Program-made: the position numbers and the translations under genes
Shown here: piece by piece, positions 51,445 to 64,000 of the stretch
How positions within the stretch are numbered: the stretch's first letter is position 1
Layout: every line of letters starts with the position of its first letter
Notes under the pieces: generated by a model
The model's input: the letters and a program-made list of their open reading frames with translations, nothing else
Told to the model about the DNA's origin: nothing
Databases searched by the model: none
Origin: Octopus sinensis
Lineage: Eukaryota
NCBI RefSeq assembly: GCF_006345805.1
Contig: NC_043007.1
Location: 66,216,001 to 66,280,000, forward strand
Reading direction: 5' to 3'
Length of the DNA: 64,000 nucleotides

Positions 51445-52116
51445 CGACTATATATAACATCACTAGGATCTTTTCAAATTTGTGGCCAGGACCCCAGATC
51501 TTTCTAGTTAACTAAATAATTTGAAACTTTGTGTACTCATAGAGTGGAACTAGTTTATTCGCCAGTTGGAACTAGTTTATTTGAGAAAAATCTATTTTAT
51601 GACTTTAATCGTAGATTAAAACTGCGAATTTTAACCAATGAGATTGCTTGTTTTCATATCTAAAACGTTACTGCGATCTGTTAGTGTGACGTTGAAAGCA
51701 GTTTTGTGACGTCTGCTATTTCTAAAAAGCTTTGTGTGTGGTAAAGTAATTTTTTTACTTTACCATATTTTTATAAATTATATCGGAGAATCCATATTTT
51801 TATAACATATATCGGAGAATCCATGTGATTTTTCGTTGTTTTTCTCTTATACGTATGTGAACTATTTCTGAGTATGCATTGTCTGGGAGACTTTTTCTTG
51901 CAGTTGAGAAATTTTTGGCTGCTATTTCTAAAAAGCTCGGTGTGTGGTTAAGTAATTTTTTTACTTTACCATATTTTTATAAATTAATATATAGCCGAAA
52001 TTTGCTATGATGATTCGGTGTCTGACTGAAGATTGAAGGCTTCGAATGATTTGTCTGTGTTCCGTGTTCGTCCCTTCCTGTATTTCACGTTCTTTATATA
52101 TAAAAACATTTATTCT

Positions 52117-52149
<33 letters not shown>

Positions 52150-53583
52150 TTACTCGGTGTATGTGTATATGTATGTCTGCATGTGTGTGTGTATGTATGT
52201 GTGTGTGTGTGTGTAAGTATGTGTAAAAAATTACATTGAATCGGCCATACATACATACATACATACACATACACAGATACATACACACATACATTCAGGC
52301 ATATACACATACACCGAGTAAAAAATTTCAGTTATCTCTCTCTTTCACACATTACTCTCTCTGTCTCTTCACACACACTAACAGAAGCACTTCACTTACA
52401 CAACATACTGTCTCCCACACCCCATCAAACACACACACACACACATGTACATCAATGCTTCCCATGCACGGTAACTTCAAAGACAAACTTTTGTTATTAG
52501 AAGGTGGCTGACTATAGCTTGTTTACATTTAAGATGTTTAATACGTCACGAAATTGGTGGTCGAGACGGAGTAAATAAAATAAAGCCGAATGACGGAATA
52601 TCATTGGTTAAAATTCTAATTATTAAACAACGTTAAACTTAGAAGTTACAATTCCGTTTTCATTCTGGTTTACAATTAAGTTTACTTTTGACACATTCTA
52701 CCAGTATACGAAGTTTCAAATTGTTTGGTTCAGTAGGAAAAATTTGAAAAACTGGCTTCAGAATAGAAAAGATCCCATCACTATATTTTATATCAACAGG
52801 ATCAACCATGAATACGCCAATGTCTGATGTATATACAAGCATAGCAATACATATACATTAATTTATGGAATCAGTGCATGTGGTGTTGATCAGGGACATT
52901 AAAAGCAGATTGATTCACTTGGTTATGAAGAAGAGAAAAGAGTATGAATTAAAAATTGGTTGAATGCTAAGAGTAGAGCCGTTTGGTCAACGACAGTAAT
53001 AATTCCCAAGCATTTAGACGGTATTTATCAAGGTGTGGGTATTTGTAAAAAGTTTCAGAACTAGTGCTCAGATGATACAACTAAGGTAGCCTGAAGTTCT
53101 CCTGAGCTGTACATAAATGACATAATTTATTACCATTCCTACAGAGTCTCAATCTCTCAAAGATCTCCCAAGGAAAGCTGAACCAATGGTATGTTTTTTT
53201 AGCTTCCGTATGAAATTAGAAAATTAGATTTTCTCTTTTCTACATGCCTGAAAGAAGTACGATTGAATTACTGTTGTTTAAAATTACCTTTTTAAAAGTC
53301 GTACGTAATATTTACTTTTTCTCTTTCGTGATGTGACTGTATATGTATATGTACATGTGAGTATGTGTACGCGCATTTGTGTCTACCTAGGTGAACAGTT
53401 GTGGACTTAAATGACCATTACTCGGAATTTGAAATGCATTTCAGACACCTATGTAAAAGTATAGTTGCTAGTGCACTCTCTCTTTCTTTCTTTCTTTCTC
53501 TCTCTCTCTCTCTCTTTGTACACACACATGTGTGTGCGCGTGCGCATATATATATATGTGTATATATATACATATATACATAC

Positions 53584-53622
<39 letters not shown>

Positions 53623-54024
53623 GGTAAACAGTAAAAATAATTATAGACATGGACAAGAACATGAAACACCACAGAGACGACACAAGAACCACAGGACGGG
53701 ACATTCGAAGCCCTCAGTCATCAGTCAAGAACCAGATCATCTTAGCAATTTCGGCTGATTAATATATATGTATATATATATATATATATACATATACATA
53801 CATATATAAATATATATATAAATATATATGTGTATATATATATATATAATATACTTATATATGTGATTGCGTGCGTATGTGGGTGTTTGTGTTTGTGTGC
53901 GTACATGTGTAGGTGTGTATGTTTGGACGCTGAGTGCGTTTTTGTATATAGTCCTGTGTATGCGTGGGATGTGTGCTTATACGTGTTTTTGTTTGTACCA
54001 ACCAGCTGATTAGCGATTATCTTG

Positions 54025-54250
54025 GATTTCTTCTTCTTCTTCTTCTTCTTCTTCTTCTTCTTCTCTTCTTCTTCTTCTTCTTCTTCTTCTTCTTCTTCTT
54101 CTTCTTCTTCTTCTCTTCTTTTCTCCTCCTTCTTCTTCTTCTTCTTCTTCTTCTTCTTCTTCTTCTTCTTCTTCTTCTTCTCCTTCTTCTTCTTCTTCTT
54201 CTCCTTTTTCTTCTTCTTGTCGCCTTCTCCTCCTCGTTTCCTCCTCCTCC
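54025..54250. repeat. (CTT)n/(CCT)n polypyrimidine tract
   Basis: Directly visible. Confidence 0.95.
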
Positions 54251-54549
54251 TCCCCCCTATATCTTGCACGCCTTCCATTACCGGAAGTGCTGTATCCTGA
54301 CAGCGCTGACTGATAATTGACTTAAATGGCCCAAGTCTCTGCTGATAGCGACATTGAGAGATAGGGTGGTGGGCTAGAGGGGTGGATGAAGTGTATGGGA
54401 TGGTAGAATACAAATAGGAAGAAAAAGACAGACACACAAAGACACATAGGCACACAAACACATACATATATACATACATGCTCATACACACACATACACA
54501 CATACACGCACATATATGTATTAAATGAGTGAGAATGAGAAGGAAAGAG

Positions 54550-54588
<39 letters not shown>

Positions 54589-56099
54589 GGGAAAACAGAA
54601 TCAAGCAATAATTGAATGGAGAAGGAGAGAGACAATTCAAATACAAAGAATGGCAGATATAAGTGGAATATAATAAATATAGAAAGCAAATAGACAAAAC
54701 ATGAAAACGGAGAAACAAATATAATAAATAAATAAACAAAAACAAATGAAAATAACGAAGCGTGAGCAAAGCAGACAATTACTAAGCGAAAGAATGAAAG
54801 AATGGTTAAGGAATGGTTAGAAATCTTCGGCCTGTTTGTGAGCGAAATTGTCTATTGAGATGCTTTAGTGTTTCAATATTCCGGTAGGTAAGAAATGGCG
54901 GACTAGACAGGATTATCCGTGCTTTCAAACGCTTCCTTTCCAATTGTCTGTTTGTCTACCAAAGTGGGGGAAGAGATATCCAGGAGGAGATTAAAAGACA
55001 GAGTGAGATAGATAGATAAGAAGAAATACAAGCACCGAGAGAGAGAGGGAGAGAGAGGGAAAGAGAGTGAAAGAGAGAGGGGGAGAGAACGAGAGAGGGC
55101 TAGAGAGAGCTAGGCGTTTATACACTCACACATGCAAATCGACATGAATATATCACGGTGCTCCAGCATGGCAACAGCCTTTGGAACACATAAAAGATAT
55201 GTGTGTGTGTGTATGTGTGTGTCTATAAATGTATATAAATATATGTGCGTCTGCATGCCTGCGTATTTTATTTACAATGTAATTCTTTACAATGTACTCT
55301 AATAATCTTCACCGTGTACTGAACACTTCCTTCCGCTTTCATTTAGAAGCTGTGGTATTTCAGTGCATGCATACATGCATATATACATACATACATACAT
55401 ACATACATACATACATACATACATACATACATACATACCTGCTACTTTGCTTCTGTTGAAATCTCGCAAAGACCTGATCTATTATCATCACACTTGTAAC
55501 TAAAAGTGGAAATGTAGTTCCCGATGTTATATTTCACCGAGAATACTCCAAAGTAACTGTCCGGCTGTGCTTCTGCTTAGGTTGGCCTCACATCTACTGT
55601 TATACTTTTTACGGAATTTTACTGGTTTTCTAACAAGGATTTTCAACAGCCGAAGACTCTAATGTAAACTTATAATTACTTTGTGGACGCTCCAAATATC
55701 TCTGCTCGAAACATTTGCAATACCGGGAAACAGCTGGGTTTAATCATATTTTCTTTTGTGGTAAGGATGGAAGTTGGCCTGGAGGGTTGTTTATATTTAA
55801 TAACGACACAGAATATCTGTTCCCCGCAAACTTTGCGTAAATGGTATCTCTGGCTTACCTATTCCATACAATCAGTGCTACAAATAACTAGGTAATAATG
55901 GAAATTTGTCATACAAAGTGCTGCGAACAAAGTAACTGGAGAATGTTGTGACAGCAATAAAATAAGAAATAAAAATGATAATAAAAATGCATAATAAATC
56001 AGAGTGTTCTTCTTACAATAAGAAAATGTTCCACAATATATTTACAGTACCAGTCCTGATAACAATATTAGGGATACTTTACTGATTTGGAAAGAGAAT

Positions 56100-56300
56100 C
56101 CAGTCCATAGATATTAATTTCAAATTTTGGCAGAAAACCAGTAATTTTGGGGAAAGAGGTGGTACTTATTTTAGCAATCCCGAAAGGATGAAAGGCAAAG
56201 TCGACCTCGGCGGGATTTGAAATCAGAACTTAAAGACGCAAGAAATGTCGCAATGCATTTTCCCCGGCGTACTAACGATTGTTTGAACCAGCTCACCGCC
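56100..56300 (-). mobile_element. SINE family B
   Basis: CGAAAGGATGAAAGGCAAAGTCGACCTCGGCGGGATTTG..CCAGCTCACCGCCTT. Confidence 0.85.
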
Positions 56301-56344
56301 TTTCCACTCTATAGTTATTAAAACTCGTTGGCTGGCGACATCAA

Positions 56345-56670
56345 CTGTAAACTTCTACAGAAACGGTGATATTGACAGATTCTATCTCAGGACAAAAGAG
56401 GAAGTAAGAGGTTTGCGGACAGTGCAGACAACGACTGAGTGCTGTATGGTATCAGTCAGACAGTGTCTACTAAACAACCACAGCAAAAATAAATACATCA
56501 GCCAAGTGCTCAAGGAAAAGTGGATAACATCCTCAAGAATCATTCACTTCCTAATGATCTTCCATGTAAATCTAGAAGCGGAGGTTTAGCATACCTCAAC
56601 AAGAACTTCGAAAAGAAACACTTGGCGTACTACAAAAAGCTTTTGCTTTGGTATGTTTCCTGTAACACTT
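56345..56670 (+). mobile_element. RLE-type (R4-like) LINE internal fragment, post-RT region
   Basis: NFYRNGDIDRFYLRTKEEVRGLRTVQTTTECCMVSVRQCL resembles the H...D..RLYL.R..GGRGL motif; downstream YKKLLLWYV resembles the K.LHG motif. Confidence 0.65.
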
Positions 56671-56954
56671 GAGATAGCGGATAATGTAAATATGAAGTTT
56701 ACTCCTTTTTTGACACGTGACCATTACATCATTACGTCTTTAATGGCTAGTATTTTTCGGCAATGGAAGAGACTGCTTAATGCGCGCTTAAACAATACAA
56801 TCTGTAAGCGGAACATTAAAAATATGCATGACATTCCTAAAATACTAGTAACCCATCGTTTTTATTATGCAAATTCCAGTGATGGAGCTGGAATTCTTTG
56901 CTAGAAAGCAACTTATTCATTCGAGGAAGAAATCTGATAAATTATAAAAGAAAG

Positions 56955-57395
56955 ACGTGTGGTAAGTAAGTAGATTGCTTACCAACCACATGGTTCTGGG
57001 TTCAGTCCCACTGCGTAGGACCTTGGACAAGTATCTTTTTACTATAGCCTCGAGCCGACCAAAGACTTGTGAGTGGATTTGGTAGATGGAAACTGAAAGA
57101 AGTCCGTTGAATATATATTATATATATATATATATATTATATATATATATATATATGTCTGTCTGTCTGTATGTATGTGTGTATGTATGAATATGTTTGT
57201 GTGGCTGTGTTTGTCCCCCAACATCGCTTGACAACCGATGCTGGTGTGTTTACGTCTCCGTAACTTAGCGGTCCGGCAAAAGTGACCGATAGAATACGTA
57301 CTAGGCTCACAAAGAGTAAGTCCTGGGGTCGATTTGCCAAATGCGGTACTCCACCATGGTCGCAGTCAAATGACTGAAACAAATAAAAGAATAGA
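56955..57395 (+). mobile_element. SINE family A, near full length
   Basis: Family A consensus with internal (TA)n/(TG)n. Confidence 0.9.
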
Positions 57396-57615
57396 TACAT
57401 ATATACATGTATACATACACAACTGCGCATGCACACATTCGCACACACGTACATACACACACATACACTCACTCACAAACATGTAAAGACGATGATTCGT
57501 TCATTAACTTTGTACAAATAAATACCCACAGGCACATACTTACATCCATAGATACTTGGAAATACACACTTATATGACCTTAAATGTGTTTATAAATATA
57601 TAAAAATAAAAATCA

Positions 57616-57960
57616 TCATAGGCGTACATAGTATTATTAGACTCCAAACAAATCGATAATCGAGTGAAAAAACAGTATGGACGATTTGTTTTGGAGTCTA
57701 ATAATACCATGTACGCCTATGAAGATTTACAAACATACTTTCCCATTGATACTCGGTTTACCCACTATTATAAACAATACCAAATGTTTTTTCTCAAACC
57801 TTTTATAATGTGATACAAGTCTTTGGTGTAGCAATAGCACGCGGCTGAAGAAGGCTTTTGATCTATCTGTTATATCGATTATGCATTGATGTAAGAATAA
57901 GTTGTTCTATAAAGCCCGAAACATATGTACCGCAACATCCTTTGCGTCCTGTTTTTCATT
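57616..57960 (+). mobile_element. Penelope-like remnant with 5' inversion and hammerhead
   Basis: 40-bp inverted repeat 57616-57655 / 57682-57722 upstream of the hammerhead at 57841-57933. Confidence 0.5.
57841..57933 (+). ncRNA. Minimal type I hammerhead ribozyme motif
   Basis: GCGG-CUGAAGA-aGGCUUU[52-nt loop]AAAGCCc-GAAA-C-AUAU-G-UA-CCGC. Stem I 4 bp; stem II 6 bp plus A.C at its base; palindromic stem III ACAUAUGU; GUA triplet. Confidence 0.75.
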
Positions 57961-57972
57961 TTATTTCATTTG

Positions 57973-58086
<114 letters not shown>

Positions 58087-58236
58087 TAGATAGATAGATA
58101 GGTATACTACAACTGCTACTGCAGTTGCTGGTGCTGGTTCAGCTGTTACCACCACCACCACTACCACCACCACCACCACCACTACCACCACCACCACCAC
58201 CACTACCACCACCACCACCACCACTACCATCACCAT

Positions 58237-58274
<38 letters not shown>

Positions 58275-59220
58275 TCCCTTCCGTTCGTCCTGATCGTCAT
58301 CATTGAATTCGTCGTCGTCCTCCTCCACCGCCGCCGCCGCCTCCTCCCCCTTCCTACCCTCTTCCTCCTCCTCCTCCTCATCATCATCATCATCATTATC
58401 AACATCATCATTATCCTTATCATCATCATGGTCATCGGTGTCGTCGTCTTTCTTGTCATCTTTGTCAGCGTTGTCATCAATATCATCAACATTGTCGACG
58501 CCGTAAACCTCAAAGCTTCAATGGCTTATTTTGTTTTTTTTTTGTTTTTGTCCTTCAGCCGGCAATAGTTCAAGCTAGGAATCCGATATGCGACTGCATG
58601 CGAGGCTTGCCTGGCCGATGAATGGCACGTGATCTCTCGAGGTACCACCACCAACATGAAGACACGACACATGCAGCATGAAACTGGATGAGACGAACAA
58701 GACTCAAACATAAAAGATAAGATTAGAGAAATAGTGAATCGGGCGAGGGCGGAGTGAGAGAGAAAGAGGGTAGTTAGAGCAAGGAGGAGGAGAAGGAAGA
58801 TGAAGGGGACGAGGACGAGGAGGAAGAGAGGGGATGGGTGGAGGGTCAGTGGTGGAGAGATGAGACCCTGGAAAAAAAATAATGGATCTCTACTGCATAC
58901 GAATTCCATGCAAGAGCGTCGTCTGGCCAACCATGGTACAAGATGGCGGCAGTGTTGTGACGATAGTGGCAGTGGCGATGTTAACAATGATGGTACTTGC
59001 AGTTGTACTTTTAAAGGTAGAGGTATCAGGGTGGTGGTAGTGGTAGATGAAGATGGAAGTAGTCGTCGTGAAGGGTTAAGTGTAGAGGTAATAGAGAGGA
59101 TATTGATGATGGGAGTGTTATTGTCAATGAGTGTGGTGGCTGTTGTTTTTTGTGGTGGTATGGTGGTGTGGTGGTGGCGAAAATTACATGTTTTGAGATG
59201 TTATCGTGCGATAGACCTTC

Positions 59221-59265
<45 letters not shown>

Positions 59266-59278
59266 CGATTGGATCTTT

Positions 59279-59313
<35 letters not shown>

Positions 59314-59614
59314 ATAGTAGAAGAGGTGCTGGTGGTGGTGGTCATCGTCGTCATCGTCGTCTTCCTCTCCCTCTTCGTGATTCGTGGTGGAGTTTCTTGA
59401 TCGTCTGATGGCATGAGACTTCGGAATCGTAGATGTTGCCATTGTTTAACCTCCGGTCAGCTCTGTTCAAGCGTATAGAACACATATGTTGACAAACGGG
59501 AGACAATATTAAAAAAAAAAAATCAGCGAAAGAAAAAGAAGCTAAAAGGGGGCCAAAATTAAGGAATAACCTTATGCTTAGTCAAATAAAAAGTACAAAA
59601 TCAGAAGAATAAAT

Positions 59615-59745
59615 CTTTCTACTTGGCGTTAGGAAGGGCATGCAGCTGTAGAAACCTTGCCAAATCAGACTGGAGCCTGGTGCGGTCAAACTTTCCAACC
59701 CGTGCAAGCATGGAAAGCGGACGGTAAACGACGACGACGATGATG
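59615..59745 (+). mobile_element. 3' part of a further SINE/RTE-type retroposon with (GAC/GAT)n tail
   Basis: GGAAGGGCATGCAGCTGTAGAAACCTTGCC..GCATGGAAAGCGGACGGTAAACGACGACGACGATGATG. Confidence 0.55.
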
Positions 59746-59769
59746 ATGACGATAGGCTAAAAAAAAAAA

Positions 59770-60212
59770 TGAAATTTTGCGTTGAGTGGGGCTAGTTGAT
59801 TACTTCAACTTCAGTGCTCAACTGGTGCTTATTTTATCGACTCCGAAAGGGATGAAAGGCAAAGTCGACCTCGGCAGAATTTGAAATGAGAGCCTAAAGA
59901 AACGGACGAAATGCTGTCCTAACGATTCTGCCAGCTCGCCTTCGTAGTAGTAAAGATAAAGATTTCAAATGTGGGCACAAGGCCAACAGTTTTGTGGGAG
60001 GGGTAAGTCGATTACATCGACCTCAATGTTCAGCTAGTTCTTATTTTATCGACTCCGAAGGGATGAAAGGCTAAGTCGACTTCGGCGAAATTTGAATTCA
60101 GGTCGCAAAGATGGACAAGACTGTTAAAGTAAAGAAACGTAAAGGCTAAGAACATAAAGAAATGGACGAAATGCCACTAAGTATTTTTCCCGGCATGCTA
60201 ATGATTCTGCCC
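59770..60212 (-). mobile_element. Two adjacent SINE family B copies
   Basis: Domain GATGAAAGGC(A/T)AAGTCGAC at ~59850 and ~60061; heads at ~59940 and ~60205. Confidence 0.85.
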
Positions 60213-60219
60213 TTCAATG

Positions 60220-60722
60220 CTTTGATGCAGTACAAGGCAGTAGCTTCCGTGGCTTCTGATCTTAACTGATTAGAAGTGTTAACGTGTACAAGTATCTTGG
60301 TGTCAAAGATGGGCTACAGCAAATATTCCGTTCACAGTACTGCCGATATGCTTGTCAGTTGCTTGATCTTAGCTAGTTGAGCACATCTGTTAGTGGCTGA
60401 CGGTATGTGTATTTTTGATCAAGTGCAGGAGTAGTGGAGGAGCATGACAGTCATGTGTTGTGAAGAATTCTTAGGAGGTGTGAATTATATGGTGTTTTGT
60501 TCATCATCTTTAAGCAATCTTTATTCAAAGACCTTTTGAGAGGGATGAGTTACTCGGCCTAAAGAAAATTCTAACTGGGCCCACCTGCAAGGTTATGCGC
60601 TGTTTATACTGTTATGAAATCACCATGTCACGCACATATAGTTGTCATGATGGGTATACTGGAATTCGTATATTTGTACCTCAGCGTCACTTTGATAGCG
60701 TATGCTACCCTCTCACTCAATA
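60220..60722. mobile_element. Unclassified (AAT)n-associated repeat, older diverged copy
   Basis: Collinear with 60980-61868 (GGCTTCTGATCTTAACTGATT..GGGCTACAGCAAATA..AAGAAAATTCTAACTGGGCCC..CTCTCACTCAAT). Confidence 0.75.
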
Positions 60723-60812
60723 GTAATTATAATGATGATAATGATGATAATGATGATGATGATGATAATGATGATGATGATGATGATGCTGATGATGATG
60801 ATGAGGAGGAGG

Positions 60813-60882
<70 letters not shown>

Positions 60883-60907
60883 CAAGAACAACAACAATAA
60901 CAATAAC

Positions 60908-60977
<70 letters not shown>

Positions 60978-60979
60978 TA

Positions 60980-61967
<988 letters not shown>

Positions 61968-61974
61968 TAATCCT

Positions 61975-62150
61975 TTCTACTATATTTCCTGACATTTTGA
62001 AAAAGGAGCCTAGTCGCTTATGCCAACCCGAGCGCTTAACTAGAATTTTTTCCATCGACACCGAAAGTAAAGTGGAATTCGGCGGAATTTGAATTCAAAA
62101 TGTGAAGACGGGCGAAATGCCGCTAAGCATTTTGCCCTGCGTGCTAGCCG
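61975..62150 (-). mobile_element. SINE family B, decayed
   Basis: CGGCGGAATTTGAATTC..GAAATGCCGCTAAGCATTTTGCCC. Confidence 0.75.
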
Positions 62151-62153
62151 CTT

Positions 62154-62667
62154 TAATAACTATAACTATAATTATTTCATTTATTCGCTACTAGGGCTGA
62201 CATTAAGGGGAAAATACAGTAGACGGGAACAGTGGGGTTTTTATACAAAAAAACAAGGAAGCAGTTAGGAAAACAATAACAATAATAACTAGACAAAAAA
62301 AAACATAATAGTGGAGATGACTGCCCAGGGTTGGCTCAGGTACCTCACCAATCCTGAACCACTCGACGCTTCGAGGGTACTCGAGAAGGGTACACCTCTC
62401 CTCAATTTCACCAGTCTACAATTGCATTATTAGAGTAGGTTCACTCACGCGGGCCATTTTCGCCCACCTTTCAGCAAATATACTGGAGAGCGTCACGTAT
62501 CTCTCCACCCGAATATTCCTTCAAGAAGTGATAAGCGATTAGCCGAAGAGAAAAGCACCGGTCTTCAGTCCTTTCAACCTGGTCCACCATACAACCTCTT
62601 TCTCTACTGCTACTAGACAGAGGAACATTGCCTGTCCTTCCTGGTCAAAGGAAGATGGCGGGTTAAT
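62154..62667 (-). mobile_element. Tx1/L1-clade LINE 3' end, 5'-truncated
   Basis: INPPSSFDQEGQAMFLCLVAVEKEVVWWTRLKGLKTG..RNIRVERYVTLSSIFAERWAKMARVSEPTLIMQL* (stop 62418-62416); AATAAATGAAAT then an ATT/GTT-like tail, as at 27963. Confidence 0.82.
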
Positions 62668-62669
62668 CT

Positions 62670-62764
62670 TCTCTTTTGCCGAACCGCTAAGTTACGGGGA
62701 CGTAAACACACCAGCATCGGTTGTCAAGCGATGTTGGGGGGACAAACACGGACACACAAACACG

Positions 62765-62811
<47 letters not shown>

Positions 62812-63045
62812 ACACACACATATATCTATATATATATATATATTATATATCTATATATATATATATTATATATATATATAATATATATATACGACGGGCT
62901 TCTTTCAGTTTCCGTCTACCAAATCCACTCACAAGGTTTTGGTCGGCCCGAAGCCATAGTAGAAGACACTTGCCCAAGGTGCCACGCAGTGGGACTGAAA
63001 CCGAACCATGTGGTTGCTACTTACCACAGAGCCACTCCTGCGCCT
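62670..63045 (-). mobile_element. SINE family A, 3' end missing
   Basis: Reverse-complement family A from the head (..CACAGAGCCACTCCTGCGCC) to GCCGAACCGCTAAG. Confidence 0.9.
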
Positions 63046-63084
63046 TGCTGGCCTAGTGCCAAAATTTGAAACCATCATTATAAG

Positions 63085-63525
63085 CTGGGTTAGAGCGGCA
63101 AGCTGGCTGAAACGTTAGCACGCCGGGCGAAATGCTTAGCGGTATTTCGTCTGCGGCTACATTCTGAGTTCAAATTTCGCCGAGGTCGACTTTGCCTTTC
63201 ATCCTTTCGGGGTCGATTAAATAAGTACCAGTTACGCACTGGGTCAACGTAATCGACTTAATCCCTTTGTCTGCCCTTGTTTGTCCCCTCTATGTTTAGC
63301 TCATTGTGGGCAATAAAGAAATAAGAAACGTTAGCATGCCGGGCAAAATGCTTAGCAGCGTTTCGTCCCTTTTTACGTTCCGACTTCAAATATCCACCGA
63401 GGTTGACATTACCTTTCATCCTTTCAAAGTCGATAAAATAAGTACTAGTTGAGCACTGGGATCAATTTAATCGACTTACAGCCTTCCCCGAAATTGCCGG
63501 CCTTATGCCAAAAATATGAAACCAT
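63085..63525 (+). mobile_element. Two tandem SINE family B copies
   Basis: GAAACGTTAGCA(C/T)GCCGGGC(G/A)AAATGCTTAGC at ~63109 and ~63326. Confidence 0.9.
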
Positions 63526-64000
63526 TATTATTAATTAGATTCTTTTCTTGATAGAAGGGGTGAACAATGGATTTTTTTCCCTCAGGAATATTTGTAACGT
63601 AAATAAAAGCGAAGCAAATACAACAGGGAATCAAAACTAGCGGCCATAGTTTCGGTTCACTGGGTGCTTATCTCCATACAGTGACTGCCGGTATGTTCTT
63701 TTATTATTATTATTGCTTGATATTCTAAAGAATAAAAAAATATTAGATTAGATTCCGAATGAACAACGTGGGGAATTTATAATTTTATTTCTATTCCAAC
63801 CGTTGTTTTTATAATTAGTATTTTTGTGGGATTTATTTGTCTCGATAATGCAAGAAACTCTCTCAGAAATTCAGATTTTCATTTTCTTTTTTTTTCTTTT
63901 TCCTTTTGCTTTTATATATTTGCTTTAGTCGAAGAGAATTTTAAAACGTTTTTGTGTACATTCTCTTCCATACACGTACACATATACAAAAAATACACAT

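Noticed and set aside
60250-60300. Superficial resemblance to U2 snRNA 5' end
   Set aside because: Does not match the U2 branch-pairing or Sm regions; it is part of the repeat duplicated at 60990

Overview
This is non-coding, repeat-saturated eukaryotic DNA. The SINE families and very dense microsatellites point to a coleoid cephalopod, most likely Octopus (inference from remembered repeat families). There is one 100-N assembly gap (49251-49350). No host protein-coding gene can be firmly supported, and nearly all ORFs in the track are microsatellite read-throughs. The window holds about 35 tRNA-derived SINE copies or fragments in three families. It also holds decayed non-LTR retrotransposons of two clades: Tx1/L1-like (one ORF1+APE 5' part and two ORF2 3' ends) and R4/Dong-like RLE-type (four fragments), most of them embedded in (AAT/ATT)n microsatellites. 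Other elements are Penelope-like (PLE) remnants, MITE-like inverted-repeat elements and a Helitron-like element. The most notable unannotated signal is a set of minimal type I hammerhead ribozyme motifs, read directly from the sequence. The motif at 7960-8044 (-) is fully canonical. Those at 57841-57933 (+) and 25157-25202 (+) are near-canonical, and several decayed motifs are also present. Most have a tiny palindromic stem III, and two sit in fold-back (inverted pseudo-LTR) structures. A few unique, motif-rich islands may be host promoters or enhancers (low confidence).
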